The notes beneath the pieces were generated by a model. It was not told the DNA's origin, did no database searches, and saw only the letters and a list, made by a program, of their open reading frames with translations. A stretch of DNA of 61,256 nucleotides, the filler included, from a bacterium (GTDB lineage: Bacteria; J088; JAWLBW01): NCBI GenBank assembly GCA_041690355.1. It is 4 parts of 4 records of this genome, joined end to end, with 100 filler letters (N's around TTAATTAATTAA, not from the genome) between each part and the next. Parts side by side here need not be neighbours in the genome. Positions count along the whole stretch, not along the records: positions 13,157 to 42,309 come from JAWLHK010000002.1; 3 more parts are not named here. One strand, 5' to 3'. This document shows positions 30,355 through 39,283 of this stretch, piece after piece (within the stretch, counting starts at the first letter, position 1; every line of letters starts with the position of its first letter). The position numbers were made by a program, and so were the translations under genes.

Positions 30355-30993
30355 ATGGAGGCAGGGAGGATGGTTATGGGGCATATCCGCATTGCATTCC
30401 GTACATGGGCGGGGGCCGTGAGCCTCGTCGCGCTGGCCGCTTCGGGGGCCGGGGCGCAGCAGGTTGATCCGGCGCCCGAACCGTCGCCGTCGGAGGCCCC
30501 TTGGGGGAGCGCCGAGAGCGAACCCGATGCCGCCGGACGCATCGAAGGTGTGCCGCAGCCCGGCCCCGGCAACCAGGGGGTGCTCGGGACCCCCGAGGTG
30601 CAGGAAGACATCATCCGCCGCCCCGGCTACCAGGAACCCGGAACCGCGTCGACGGGCGAGCTCGTGCCGACGACCCCCGAAGCCGGGGGAAACGTCAATC
30701 AGCCGACCTTTCAGGAAGACGTGATCCCGGCCGATCCCGAGGCGCTGCCCCGGGCCCGCGAGCCCGAAGCGCCGGAAACGGACGCCGCACCCGGGGACGC
30801 GGAATCCGGCGCCGGCGCCGCGGTTCCCGATGCCGGCGCAGAGACCGATGTCGCGCCGACCCAGGTGCCCCGCGGCGAGCCGGATCGGCGCTTCGAGGCC
30901 TTTGAAATTCCCGTCCCGGCCCCGGGATTCAGCGAACCCGAACGTGGCGCGGGCCGGCTCGAGGGGGGGTTCGGCGTCGAGGGGGAATTCTGA
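30355..30993 (+). CDS. Secreted low-complexity Pro/Glu/Ala-rich protein
   Basis: Signal-like LVALAASGAGA|QQ; start uncertain. Confidence 0.5.
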   Translation: MEAGRMVMGHIRIAFRTWAGAVSLVALAASGAGAQQVDPAPEPSPSEAPWGSAESEPDAAGRIEGVPQPGPGNQGVLGTPEVQEDIIRRPGYQEPGTASTGELVPTTPEAGGNVNQPTFQEDVIPADPEALPRAREPEAPETDAAPGDAESGAGAAVPDAGAETDVAPTQVPRGEPDRRFEAFEIPVPAPGFSEPERGAGRLEGGFGVEGEF

Positions 30994-31072
30994 CGGCTTG
31001 AACGGGCGCGCCGGGCTTCGCTACAATGTGCCCTTGCCCGCGGGCGCCTGCCCCCGGCCGCACAAGAGGCAC

Positions 31073-31420
31073 ATGAGCGAAGAGTGGAAGGATCTGGGCC
31101 CGGCCGACCTCGCCCCCGGCGAACACCGCGGCGTCAAGCTGGGGCGCGAAGAGTTCGTCCTGGTCGCCAACCTGGGGGGCGAGTACTGGGCCATCGACGA
31201 CTGGTGCAACCACGCCGGCTGCCTGCTTTCGCACAGCCGCGTCGAGGGAGAGACCATCCTCTGCCACTGCCACTATGCGGAATTCCACCTGAAAACCGGC
31301 GCCCTGCTGACCGAGCCGCGCATCTGCGAAGACCAGGCCCGCTATGAACTGCGGGTCGAGAACGGGCGGCTCTACGGTCGCCGCCTGCCCGAGCCCGAAC
31401 CCAGGCTGCTCGATTCCTGA
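31073..31420 (+). CDS. Rieske-type 2Fe-2S ferredoxin
   Basis: CNH...CHCH Rieske ligands, F.LKTG. Confidence 0.88.
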   Translation: MSEEWKDLGPADLAPGEHRGVKLGREEFVLVANLGGEYWAIDDWCNHAGCLLSHSRVEGETILCHCHYAEFHLKTGALLTEPRICEDQARYELRVENGRLYGRRLPEPEPRLLDS

Positions 31421-31596
31421 CGATATCCGGTTCTACTGTCCAAAATCGGACATACGAGCTGTCGACAACCGTGAAGTTTCGCCTGGTTCGCTGTCGTCCT
31501 CGTCGCATCCATGAAGCAGGTTGGCACCTTCATCATCTTGCGGATATCCGTTCGCCTGAACGGTCACGCGATGATACTTGATAATATCGTCCTCTT

Positions 31597-31638
31597 ACGA
31601 CTGATGACTCATGACTGCCGACTGCCGACTGACGCCTG
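31597..31638. repeat. Heptamer tandem array (approx. NNGACTG x6)
   Basis: ACGACTG ATGACTC ATGACTG CCGACTG CCGACTG ACGCCTG. Confidence 0.75.
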
Positions 31639-31644
31639 GGTCGC

Positions 31645-32220
31645 TCAGCGCGCCCGCAGTTCGGCGATGTCGTCGTCGGTATGGCCCAGCATCGGGGCGT
31701 CTTCGGGCGCCGCGCCGATGCGGAATCCCCGGTGATGCTCGGCCGCGACCTGGGCGATCTTTTCGCGGCCCGTCGGGTCGTGGATGTCGAGTTCCCCGTT
31801 GCAGATGCAGATGTAGGTGCGCTCGCCGGCTTCCGAGGCCACATAGAATGTAGTTCCGCGCACGCCCGCCACGGCCGTGTCTCCCTGCACGCTGTACGGG
31901 CGTCCGGTCACGATGCTGAGCAGGCGGCCCGCGAGAAGCCGCACCGGATTCCGCCTGGATTCCGCCGGAATGACAAGGTCGGTCTTCCCGAACAGACGCA
32001 TGCGTACGTCGCTCTCCATGACCACGTCGGCCCGCGAGCCCTGTCCGGTCTTCAGCCGATCGCCCTCGCGAACCGGTGTTCCCTGAACGGCCGGCTTTCC
32101 GTTCACGGTCAGGGTTCCCTCGAGAAAGGCGACCTTGCCCCGGTCGGCGGCGACGGCGGCGCCCGGAAAGAGCAGGGCGGTGAGCATCAGGGTGGGCAGG
32201 AGGCGCAGGCAGCGGGTCAT
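31645..32220 (-). CDS. FecR-like domain protein, secreted
   Basis: Signal peptide; GDRLKTG, L.AGRL, TAVAGVRGTTF. Confidence 0.8.
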   Translation of the reverse strand: MTRCLRLLPTLMLTALLFPGAAVAADRGKVAFLEGTLTVNGKPAVQGTPVREGDRLKTGQGSRADVVMESDVRMRLFGKTDLVIPAESRRNPVRLLAGRLLSIVTGRPYSVQGDTAVAGVRGTTFYVASEAGERTYICICNGELDIHDPTGREKIAQVAAEHHRGFRIGAAPEDAPMLGHTDDDIAELRAR

Positions 32221-32322
32221 CGGATTCTCCGGGGATCGTGCTGAAACCTTAGCACCTTCGGGATGCATTGCGCCAGCCTGCGGTTGCTTTCTGGTTCCTG
32301 GAGCCGCAACGGGTCATGTCGG

Positions 32323-32371
32323 TCGACTGACGACTGAGGCTCGAGGACTTGGGACTGCGGACTGACGACTG
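32323..32371. repeat. Heptamer tandem array (approx. NNGACTG x7)
   Basis: TCGACTG ACGACTG AGGCTCG AGGACTT GGGACTG CGGACTG ACGACTG. Confidence 0.7.
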
Positions 32372-32458
32372 CGGCGCCGCTCGCCGACCCGGCCCTGCGT
32401 GGGAGCGCCGCATCGACTCCCGTCTGGCGAAAGAATCCAGTACAGTAAGAAGATCACC

Positions 32459-33817
32459 ATGATCATGACGACGCTCTTTCCCTGGCTGGTGCTTGCGCTC
32501 GCGGCGGTGCCGGCGTTTCTGCTCGCGCGCGAGAACTGGCGGTACCTCGTCGGGACGCTGGTCTTTCTCGCGCCGCACACCGTGACGCTGCTGATCTTTC
32601 GCGACCACCTCGCCGCATTGCTGGCCGACGGTCTTCTGCGCGCGGCTGCGGATGGGGTCCTGCTCTTCTTCTATGCGGCCTTCATCGTCACCTTCGTCAC
32701 CCACTTCATTCTCGTGAGCGCGCCGCGGCGGCCGCATATGTTCTGGGTGGTGCCGGGGCAGTTCTTCTTCGTCTCGATCTTCTTTTACCTCGTGTACTAT
32801 CTGGGGCGCGGCGCGGCCGGCCTGTTCGGCATTGAACTGAGCCGGGGATCGATCGCCGCGGGCGTTCCGCTGGTCATCACGGCCGTCGCGCTCCTGACCA
32901 CGCACCGGGTGCGCCGCGTGCGCGAACAGGTTCCCCTCGCGGGACTCACGGCGCCGCTGCGCGTGGTGCAGCTCTCCGACATCCATGTCAGCCACCACAT
33001 GGACGATGCCCGGCTCGCCCGGCTCGCCCGGGACGTGAATGCGGAGGGTGCGGATATCCTCGTGATGACCGGCGATTTCGTGACGCTGCAGAGCGAGCAT
33101 GATTACACCCCGCTGCTGCGGTTCGTGGCGGAACTGGAACGGCCGCCGATGGGGATCTTCGCCTGTCTGGGGAATCACGACCTGGGAATCGCGGCGCCGC
33201 TGACGCGCGACCTCGAGGCCGCCGGGGTGCGCATGCTGCGCGACGCCGGCGAGACGGTGACCACGCCGCGGGGCGACGCGGTGCGCGTGGCGGGCCTGGG
33301 GTTCTTCTGGCGCCGCCGACGCGCGCGCTACGCCGCCGCCTTCGCCCAGGCTGCCGGCGAGGGTGACGCGCCGGTGCTTCTGCTCTGCCACGATCCGGCG
33401 GCGTTCGATTACCTGCCTGCGGACTGGCGGGGGATCATGTTCGCCGGCCACCTGCACGGCGGCCAGATCGGGCTGACCAGTCTCGGGCTGCGTCTCTCGG
33501 TACTGACGCCGCTCGGCATGTACGACCAGGGGCTCTATCACCGCGGTGAGCATTGGCTCTACAGCCACCGGGGAACGGGGCTGTACGGATTTCCCGCGCG
33601 TCTGGGGGTGCCCGCCGAGGTCGCGGTGCTCGATCTCGTGCCGGAGGCCGAAGCGGATCGCCGCCGGGTCCGTTCCCGTCCCGCGCGCCCGGCGCGGGCC
33701 AGTGTGTCGGTCAGTGCCGCTGCGCCGGTCGAGCTGACGGGTTGGCGGGCGGTGGCGGCGCGCCTCTTCTTTTCCACCCGCGAAGCCGCGCCGGCGTTCG
33801 AGGACGACGAGGGCTAG
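32459..33817 (+). CDS. Membrane-anchored calcineurin-like metallophosphoesterase
   Basis: N-terminal TM helices; LSDIH, TGDF, GNHD, GHLHGGQ, R.GVPAEV. Confidence 0.9.
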   Translation: MIMTTLFPWLVLALAAVPAFLLARENWRYLVGTLVFLAPHTVTLLIFRDHLAALLADGLLRAAADGVLLFFYAAFIVTFVTHFILVSAPRRPHMFWVVPGQFFFVSIFFYLVYYLGRGAAGLFGIELSRGSIAAGVPLVITAVALLTTHRVRRVREQVPLAGLTAPLRVVQLSDIHVSHHMDDARLARLARDVNAEGADILVMTGDFVTLQSEHDYTPLLRFVAELERPPMGIFACLGNHDLGIAAPLTRDLEAAGVRMLRDAGETVTTPRGDAVRVAGLGFFWRRRRARYAAAFAQAAGEGDAPVLLLCHDPAAFDYLPADWRGIMFAGHLHGGQIGLTSLGLRLSVLTPLGMYDQGLYHRGEHWLYSHRGTGLYGFPARLGVPAEVAVLDLVPEAEADRRRVRSRPARPARASVSVSAAAPVELTGWRAVAARLFFSTREAAPAFEDDEG

Positions 33818-33818
33818 G

Positions 33819-33870
33819 CGGACGCCGGACGCCGGACGTCGGACGTCGGACGCCGGACGTCGGACGTCGG
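33819..33870. repeat. Heptamer tandem array (CGGACGY)x7
   Basis: Directly visible after the stop codon. Confidence 0.85.
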
Positions 33871-33896
33871 TAAAGCAAGGGCAAAGCAAGAACCCG

Positions 33897-34080
33897 TGCG
33901 ACCCCGCTGGGGTCGAAATTCCGTACCCAAACGCGCGAGAGCTCAGAAGTGCGACCCCGCTGGGGTCGTGAGGGGGCGCCGCAGGCGAGTCGAAGCGGGT
34001 GCTGCACGATGCGACCCCTCCGGAGTCGAAATGCGTCAAAAAGGGCGCGCGTGCTAAGTGATGCGACCCCGCTGGCGGCG
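33897..34080. repeat. Four palindromic 19-bp repeats (TGCGACCCCGCTGGGGTCG), REP-like
   Basis: Copies at 33897, 33950, 34010 and 34062, separated by unique 34, 41 and 33 nt intervals. Confidence 0.75.
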
Positions 34081-34108
34081 TGCGGGGTCCGCAAGACGCC
34101 CTTGTTTC

Positions 34109-34141
34109 CCCAGCGCCCAGCGTCCAGCGACCAGCGCCCAG
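34109..34141. repeat. Heptamer tandem array (NCCAGCG)x4
   Basis: CCCAGCG CCCAGCG TCCAGCG ACCAGCG. Confidence 0.7.
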
Positions 34142-34148
34142 GATCCCC

Positions 34149-35414
34149 TCAGGCCGCCGGCCCGGCCAGCGAAATCTCGTGCCCCTCGGCGCGCAGCAGG
34201 TCACGCGCGATGCTGAGCAGCTGAATGTCGCTCGTGCCCCCGCCGATGCGCAGCAGCTGGGCGTCGCGCATCAGGCGCTCGACCCGCATCTCGCGCATGT
34301 AGCCGGCGCCGCCCATCAGTTGCACGGCTTCGAGCGCCACCTCGGTGGCCACTTCGGCGCAGTAGTACTTCGCCGCGCAGGCGTCGCGCATGTTCCCCTT
34401 GCCCTTCTTCTGCAGCCAGATCTGCTTGAACGCCATGTTGCGCACGTTCTCATAGGCCACGAACATCTTCGCGAGGCGCGCCTGCACGAGCTGGAAGTCG
34501 GCAATCGGGCGGCCGAACTGCTTGCGCTGAATGGAATAGCGGACGCATTCCTCCAGGCACCGCTCCATGATCCCCATGGCCATGTACGGGGTGCCGCTGC
34601 GCTCGCCCTCGAAGATGGCCTTGGCCTGCTCACGCGAGGATTCCGTCAACGAGCCGAGCAGGTTCGCCTTGGGCACCCGGACGTCGTCGAGAAAGACTTC
34701 GCCCGTGGGAGACCCGCGCATGCCCATCTTGTCCATCGGCTCGCTCGTGCTGAGCCCCGGCATCCCGCGTTCGACGACGAAGGGGTAGACGCGCGATTTA
34801 TCCTGCCGGGCGCCGTCGATCTTGGCGTAGATGACGAAGATGTCGGCGTGGGGGGCGTTCGTGATGAACGTCTTGCTGCCGTTCAGCACGAAGTCGTCGC
34901 CGTCTTCGCGGGCCACCGTCTGCAGGGCGAACGCGTCGCTGCCGCTGTTCGGCTCGGTCATCCCCCAGGCGCCGATCTTCTCGAGCGTCATGACGGGGAT
35001 GGCATACTTCTCAATCTGTTCGGCATTGCCGCGCGTGATGAGCGTGAAGCCGCAGAGCCCCATCTGGGCGGCCATGCTGAGAAAGAAGCCCGGGCTGACC
35101 CGCGCGGCCTCTTTGCCGAGCATGGCCATGATGGCGGGATCGCCGGCAAGGCCGCTCGGATCGTCCTGTTCTCCGGTCAGCTCCCGCACCGACACGCCGC
35201 CGCCGGCTTCGCCGGCCCGCAGCTTGGCGGCCCGTTTCTGCAGGCCGGCCCGCAGAGGCTCGACCATGCCGAAGGTCGTGAGCATCTTGCGGATGATCGG
35301 ATAGGGGAGCATCTCTCCGTTCTCGAGCGCCTCGACGTGGGGTTCCAGCTCTTCCTTGAAGAAGGCCCGCAGGGCGCTTTCGAGCATCAGATGCTGTTCC
35401 GACCATGTGAACAT
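34149..35414 (-). CDS. Acyl-CoA dehydrogenase
   Basis: GMTEPNSGSD, LNGSKTFITN, KMGMRGSPT, RKQFG, GGAGY, RDA...IGGGT. Confidence 0.95.
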   Translation of the reverse strand: MFTWSEQHLMLESALRAFFKEELEPHVEALENGEMLPYPIIRKMLTTFGMVEPLRAGLQKRAAKLRAGEAGGGVSVRELTGEQDDPSGLAGDPAIMAMLGKEAARVSPGFFLSMAAQMGLCGFTLITRGNAEQIEKYAIPVMTLEKIGAWGMTEPNSGSDAFALQTVAREDGDDFVLNGSKTFITNAPHADIFVIYAKIDGARQDKSRVYPFVVERGMPGLSTSEPMDKMGMRGSPTGEVFLDDVRVPKANLLGSLTESSREQAKAIFEGERSGTPYMAMGIMERCLEECVRYSIQRKQFGRPIADFQLVQARLAKMFVAYENVRNMAFKQIWLQKKGKGNMRDACAAKYYCAEVATEVALEAVQLMGGAGYMREMRVERLMRDAQLLRIGGGTSDIQLLSIARDLLRAEGHEISLAGPAA

Positions 35415-35418
35415 GAGA

Positions 35419-36018
35419 TTACCTGTCGCCGAAGTAGTAGTGGAAGAGGACGTTGCCGTTGGGGAGCGCGCCCAGGCTGACGTCGACCCCGCTGTCACTC
35501 GAGATTACGATCGTATTGGCGGCCGTGGGGGTTTCGACGGTGTGACTCAGCGAGAGAATCGTGATGCCGGCGTCGGCCGAGAGGCTGAACCGCTTCGAGC
35601 CGGGAAGGAAATATTCGGCGCCGGCCCCCGCGTATACCCCCACCCGGTCGGTGGTCATGGTCTGGGTCACGATGGTGTTGCGGCCGATATCAACTTCGCG
35701 ATCGAACTGCTGCGACTCATAGCGCAATCCGCCCAGGACGAGAAACGAGACCGGATCGGTATTCACGATGCGGCGCGCATACTGCAGGCCGAATCCGAAG
35801 GCCGTTTCCTGGCCCAGCCCCAGCGCCGTCGTCCGATCGATCTGCGACAGGCTCGAGAAATCGAGAAACAGATCGACGACGTTGTCGTTCATGATCTCGG
35901 CACGCACGCCGAGCTGGTCGATTCCCAGATCGGCCCCGAGGCGGAAATCGGCGGCCTGCGCGGCCGTCGAGACAAGGAGCGTTCCCAGAAGAGCGGTCAG
36001 AGAAAGAATGCTTCGCAT
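35419..36018 (-). CDS. Small outer-membrane beta-barrel protein
   Basis: Signal peptide AQA|ADF, amphipathic strands, GAGAEYF, terminal FHYYF. Confidence 0.7.
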   Translation of the reverse strand: MRSILSLTALLGTLLVSTAAQAADFRLGADLGIDQLGVRAEIMNDNVVDLFLDFSSLSQIDRTTALGLGQETAFGFGLQYARRIVNTDPVSFLVLGGLRYESQQFDREVDIGRNTIVTQTMTTDRVGVYAGAGAEYFLPGSKRFSLSADAGITILSLSHTVETPTAANTIVISSDSGVDVSLGALPNGNVLFHYYFGDR

Positions 36019-36184
36019 GGTAATCCTCTCGGCAGAGTAAGTGTACCGAAATGCTAGCATGCCGCCGTAAAGCGCGGCAAATCCGCGTACGGCGCGTTGC
36101 GTCAGGGTTTCGGCGGCCTCGGTTTGAATCCGGGCGGATCGAGGGGTAAGCTGATGAACAGCCTGCCAACAAGGAGGTGCTCTC

Positions 36185-37039
36185 GTGTTCCTTCGTGTCA
36201 TCAACCTTCCCCTGCGCGCGCGAGGGGCCGTGCTGAGCCTGGGCTTCGTGCTCGGGGTCATCGCCGTTCCGACCGTCGCCCCGGCTTCGTCTGCCGCGCT
36301 GTTCGAACGGGCCAATCGCATCGACTGGTCGGCGCTCGGCACCCCGGCGCCGGTGCAGCGCCATCTGGAGCAGTTTCTCCAGGTCGTCAAAGCCGACCCG
36401 GAACATCGCGAGGCCCGCATCCGGGCGCTCGAATTTACGTTTTATGCCTGGCGCATGGAGCCCGATCGCACCAGGCGGCTTGCGCTCGTCAAGAACGGGC
36501 TGCGCCTGGCCCAAGACGCGCTGAAGCGTTTTCCCCGCAGCGGGCCGATCCATTACTGGCACGGGTCCATGGTGGCCATGCTCGGGCTGACGCAGGGGGT
36601 GCTCAACAGCCTTCAGCTCATTCCCGCGGGCAAGGCGAGCCTCGAGAAGGCGGTGGAGCTGGACGAGGGCTACCGCGACGGTCAGGCGATCGCGAACATG
36701 GCGCGCGTGTACACGGTCGTGCCGGGGTTCCCCATCAGCCTCGGCGACAAGGAGAAGGGGAAGAAGATGCTGCGCGAGGGATACCGGAAATACCCGAACA
36801 GCAGCTACTTTCCGCTCTTTCTCGCTGACGCCGAATGGGCCGACGGCAATGTCGAAGCCGCGCTCCGGTTGGCCCGCGAAGCTCAGCACAAGCCGCGGCG
36901 GAACGATTATTCGGGGCTCGTGAACGCCATCAACGCGCGCAAGGCGAAGGAGCTCGAGAAGCTCATCCGCAGCGGGGCGGTGCGGGATCGCTTTCACGAC
37001 GTGCTGAGCGATCACGAAGCGGCGGGCGTGCTCAACTGA
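36185..37039 (+). CDS. Secreted TPR protein (TatT-like fold suspected)
   Basis: HYW, LEKAVELDEGYRDG, VPGFPISLGDKEK. Confidence 0.7.
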   Translation: MFLRVINLPLRARGAVLSLGFVLGVIAVPTVAPASSAALFERANRIDWSALGTPAPVQRHLEQFLQVVKADPEHREARIRALEFTFYAWRMEPDRTRRLALVKNGLRLAQDALKRFPRSGPIHYWHGSMVAMLGLTQGVLNSLQLIPAGKASLEKAVELDEGYRDGQAIANMARVYTVVPGFPISLGDKEKGKKMLREGYRKYPNSSYFPLFLADAEWADGNVEAALRLAREAQHKPRRNDYSGLVNAINARKAKELEKLIRSGAVRDRFHDVLSDHEAAGVLN

Positions 37040-37171
37040 ACGGCGGGCCTGGCGTGCGGTTGGCGCTGCGCAGCCTGCGTGGTAAGATACGGGGCCGCGG
37101 ACGGATCAGCGTTCCGTGAGTCGGCTGGCGGCGATCCCTTTTTTGGACTCTTGCAGCATTCAGGAGAGAAC

Positions 37172-37813
37172 ATGACCCGGAAAGTACTTCAGTTTCTTGG
37201 ACTCGCCGTCGCGCTGGCGGCCTGCACGCCGACCTACTACGTCAAGGTTTCGCCGACGGGCGACTTCAAGAAAGCCAAGGAGCAGCCGAAGCTGCGCTAT
37301 GCCGTCGCGGTGCGTCCGCTCGAAGACGGCCGCAAGGTCAGCAGCGACCCCGAAGCCGTGCGCCGCATCGGCCGCGTCGGCCAGGGGCTTTTCGACTCTG
37401 ACGCCGCCTTCATCGAACCGGAGCAGACCGTAGTCCTGTCCGAAGAAGTCACTGAGGGGCTGGTCGACGCCCTGAAGGCCCGGGGCGTGGTCATCGCCCC
37501 CGAAGACAAGGCCAGCCTGTTTCTCGAGGGAAAGATTACGAAGTACTCCATCAACGGCCGCTACACGAACATGCCGATCGGTCCGGGCATCGCCATTGAA
37601 GGCACGTTCCGGGCGACGCTCGCGCTGGTCGCCAAGACCAAGAGCGGCAAGGTCGTGTGGAAGGACACCATCAAGTATCAGAAGCGCGACGAAGACGCGA
37701 TCATCCTCGTGACGCAGGGCAAGATTGAAGAGTTCTACCACTCGCTCGCCAAGAAGGGCGCGAAGGGCGTGCTCGTGAAGGCCGCGAAGACCGTGGCTGA
37801 AGTCAAGCTCTGA
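37172..37813 (+). CDS. Lipoprotein (YajG-like)
   Basis: AGGAG RBS, lipobox LAAC, V.PLEDGR, LEGKITK, GKVVW. Confidence 0.65.
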   Translation: MTRKVLQFLGLAVALAACTPTYYVKVSPTGDFKKAKEQPKLRYAVAVRPLEDGRKVSSDPEAVRRIGRVGQGLFDSDAAFIEPEQTVVLSEEVTEGLVDALKARGVVIAPEDKASLFLEGKITKYSINGRYTNMPIGPGIAIEGTFRATLALVAKTKSGKVVWKDTIKYQKRDEDAIILVTQGKIEEFYHSLAKKGAKGVLVKAAKTVAEVKL

Positions 37814-37834
37814 GCTCCGCTCTTTTCCACGAAC

Positions 37835-37869
37835 AAGGGCCGCTCCCGGCAGGGAGCGGCCCTTTTTTT
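37835..37869 (+). terminator. Rho-independent terminator
   Basis: AAGGGCCGCTCCC-GGCA-GGGAGCGGCCCTT followed by a T tract. Confidence 0.9.
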
Positions 37870-37964
37870 GTCTGGAGGAGCGGGAGGCTACTTCTGGCAG
37901 TCTTCGAAGACCTGCAGCTCCTGATGGGAATCCTCGATCTCGCCGGGCGGGTCGAGCCTGTAAC

Positions 37965-37995
37965 AGGACATCGGACGTCGGACATCGGACGTCGG
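37965..37995. repeat. Heptamer array (CGGACRT)n, left flank of the four-helix-bundle gene
   Basis: AGGACAT CGGACGT CGGACAT CGGACGT CGG. Confidence 0.75.
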
Positions 37996-38049
37996 TACAG
38001 ACAAATGCTGTCCGCGGGGGAGCATTTACTCGCTCGAAAAGGAGGGGGT

Positions 38050-38472
38050 ATGCGAGGGAAATCGTTCAAGGACCTGGACGTGTGGCAGGGGGCAATGGAT
38101 CTCGCGGAGGAGGTCTATCGGCTGTCGAAGAACTTCCCGAAAGAGCAGCGTTATTCACTGTGTCAGCAGATCGAGCGTGCTGCCGTGTCGGCCCCGTCGA
38201 ATATCGCGGAGGGCCACGGCCGAAGAAGCGACAACGAGTTCATTTACCACCTTCGTGTCTCCCGAGGTTCGCTTTGCGAGCTTGAGACGCAGCTTCTGCT
38301 GGCCGAGCGTTTGCAATTCATGGATCCGGAAAGCGGGCGTGCGGTAGGCGAAGCGCTGCATCGGGTTGGACGCCAGCTCAACGGTCTGCTACGGTATTTA
38401 TCGAATGGCAATACCGGCTTCCCGAGTCCAGAGCCCCGACAGCCGACCCGAGCGTCCCAATGGACGCCGTAG
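38050..38472 (+). CDS. Four helix bundle protein (23S rRNA IVP family)
   Basis: FKDLDVWQ, FPKEQRYSL..QI.RAAVS.PSNIAEG, SRGSL.ELETQL. Confidence 0.95.
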   Translation: MRGKSFKDLDVWQGAMDLAEEVYRLSKNFPKEQRYSLCQQIERAAVSAPSNIAEGHGRRSDNEFIYHLRVSRGSLCELETQLLLAERLQFMDPESGRAVGEALHRVGRQLNGLLRYLSNGNTGFPSPEPRQPTRASQWTP

Positions 38473-38510
38473 GCCCTTTCCACCCCGGCTGACCAATGCT
38501 CGTTCTGTCA

Positions 38511-38545
38511 CCGACGTCCGGCGTCTGACGTCCGATGACCGGCCA
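38511..38545. repeat. Heptamer array (CCGACGT)n, right flank, inverted relative to 37965
   Basis: CCGACGT CCGGCGT CTGACGT CCGATGA CCGGCCA. Confidence 0.7.
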
Positions 38546-39268
38546 GTGCAAGTCTTCCGCGAGTATCCGGAATTGCGGGAGGCGATGAACTACGCGCTTC
38601 GCGGCGCCGCGTGGGTGCTCGAGTTCTGGATCACGCCGGCGCATGCGGCGCCGGTGGAGCAGCGGTCGACGGCGGTCTACTGGTACCACAACGGCATCCT
38701 CGGCGAACCGATTCTCCTCACGGATGAAAGCGGCGCCATCGTCCGCCACGTGGAGCATGATCCGTTCTGGTCGGACACGATTCCCCTCGTGGACGACGTG
38801 GACGACCGGTTCATGTTCCCGGGGCAGTTCCGCGATGACGAGTCGGGGCTCGCGTACAATTGGAACCGGTGGTATGCGGCGGATGTGGGACGGTATGTGC
38901 AGGTGGATCCGCTTACCATTGCTACTACTCGATTACTCAAAGACCGTCTCCCTAAGCACTTCTCATCTAAAGACGTACTCTTTGTACGCTCACTTCTTGG
39001 AGTGGAGGTGTACGGATATGTAAGGGGGAACCCTGTTCGATACCAGGATCCGTTAGGCTTGATAGAGATTGAGGGCCAAGATCCCCGGCGCCTGCCTCCC
39101 GGAGCAAAGATTCTTTGCTCATGCTCTATGGATGGATCGTGCGCTGGAACTTCAAGCGTGGATTGGGATGACGCTTGGGATAGTTATAAAGCAACGTGCA
39201 GGGATTGCAGAGGGAATGTCCTTGGTTATTCCCTGGATTGCGAAGTTCGGGAACACACTTGCTGTTAG
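38546..39268 (+). pseudogene. Orphan RHS core fragment with Cys-rich C-terminal toxin 1
   Basis: FPGQ..D.ESGL.YNWNRWY...GRYVQVDP, YGYVRGNP...DPLGL; 38546-38913 duplicates 40737-41104; 5'-truncated. Confidence 0.85.
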
Positions 39269-39283
39269 ATTGTAGGAGGCAGG

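Noticed and set aside
33897-34080. Bona fide CRISPR array
   Set aside because: Repeats are only about 19 bp and half are degenerate, there is no AT-rich leader, and no cas genes are present; kept only as a REP-like repeat
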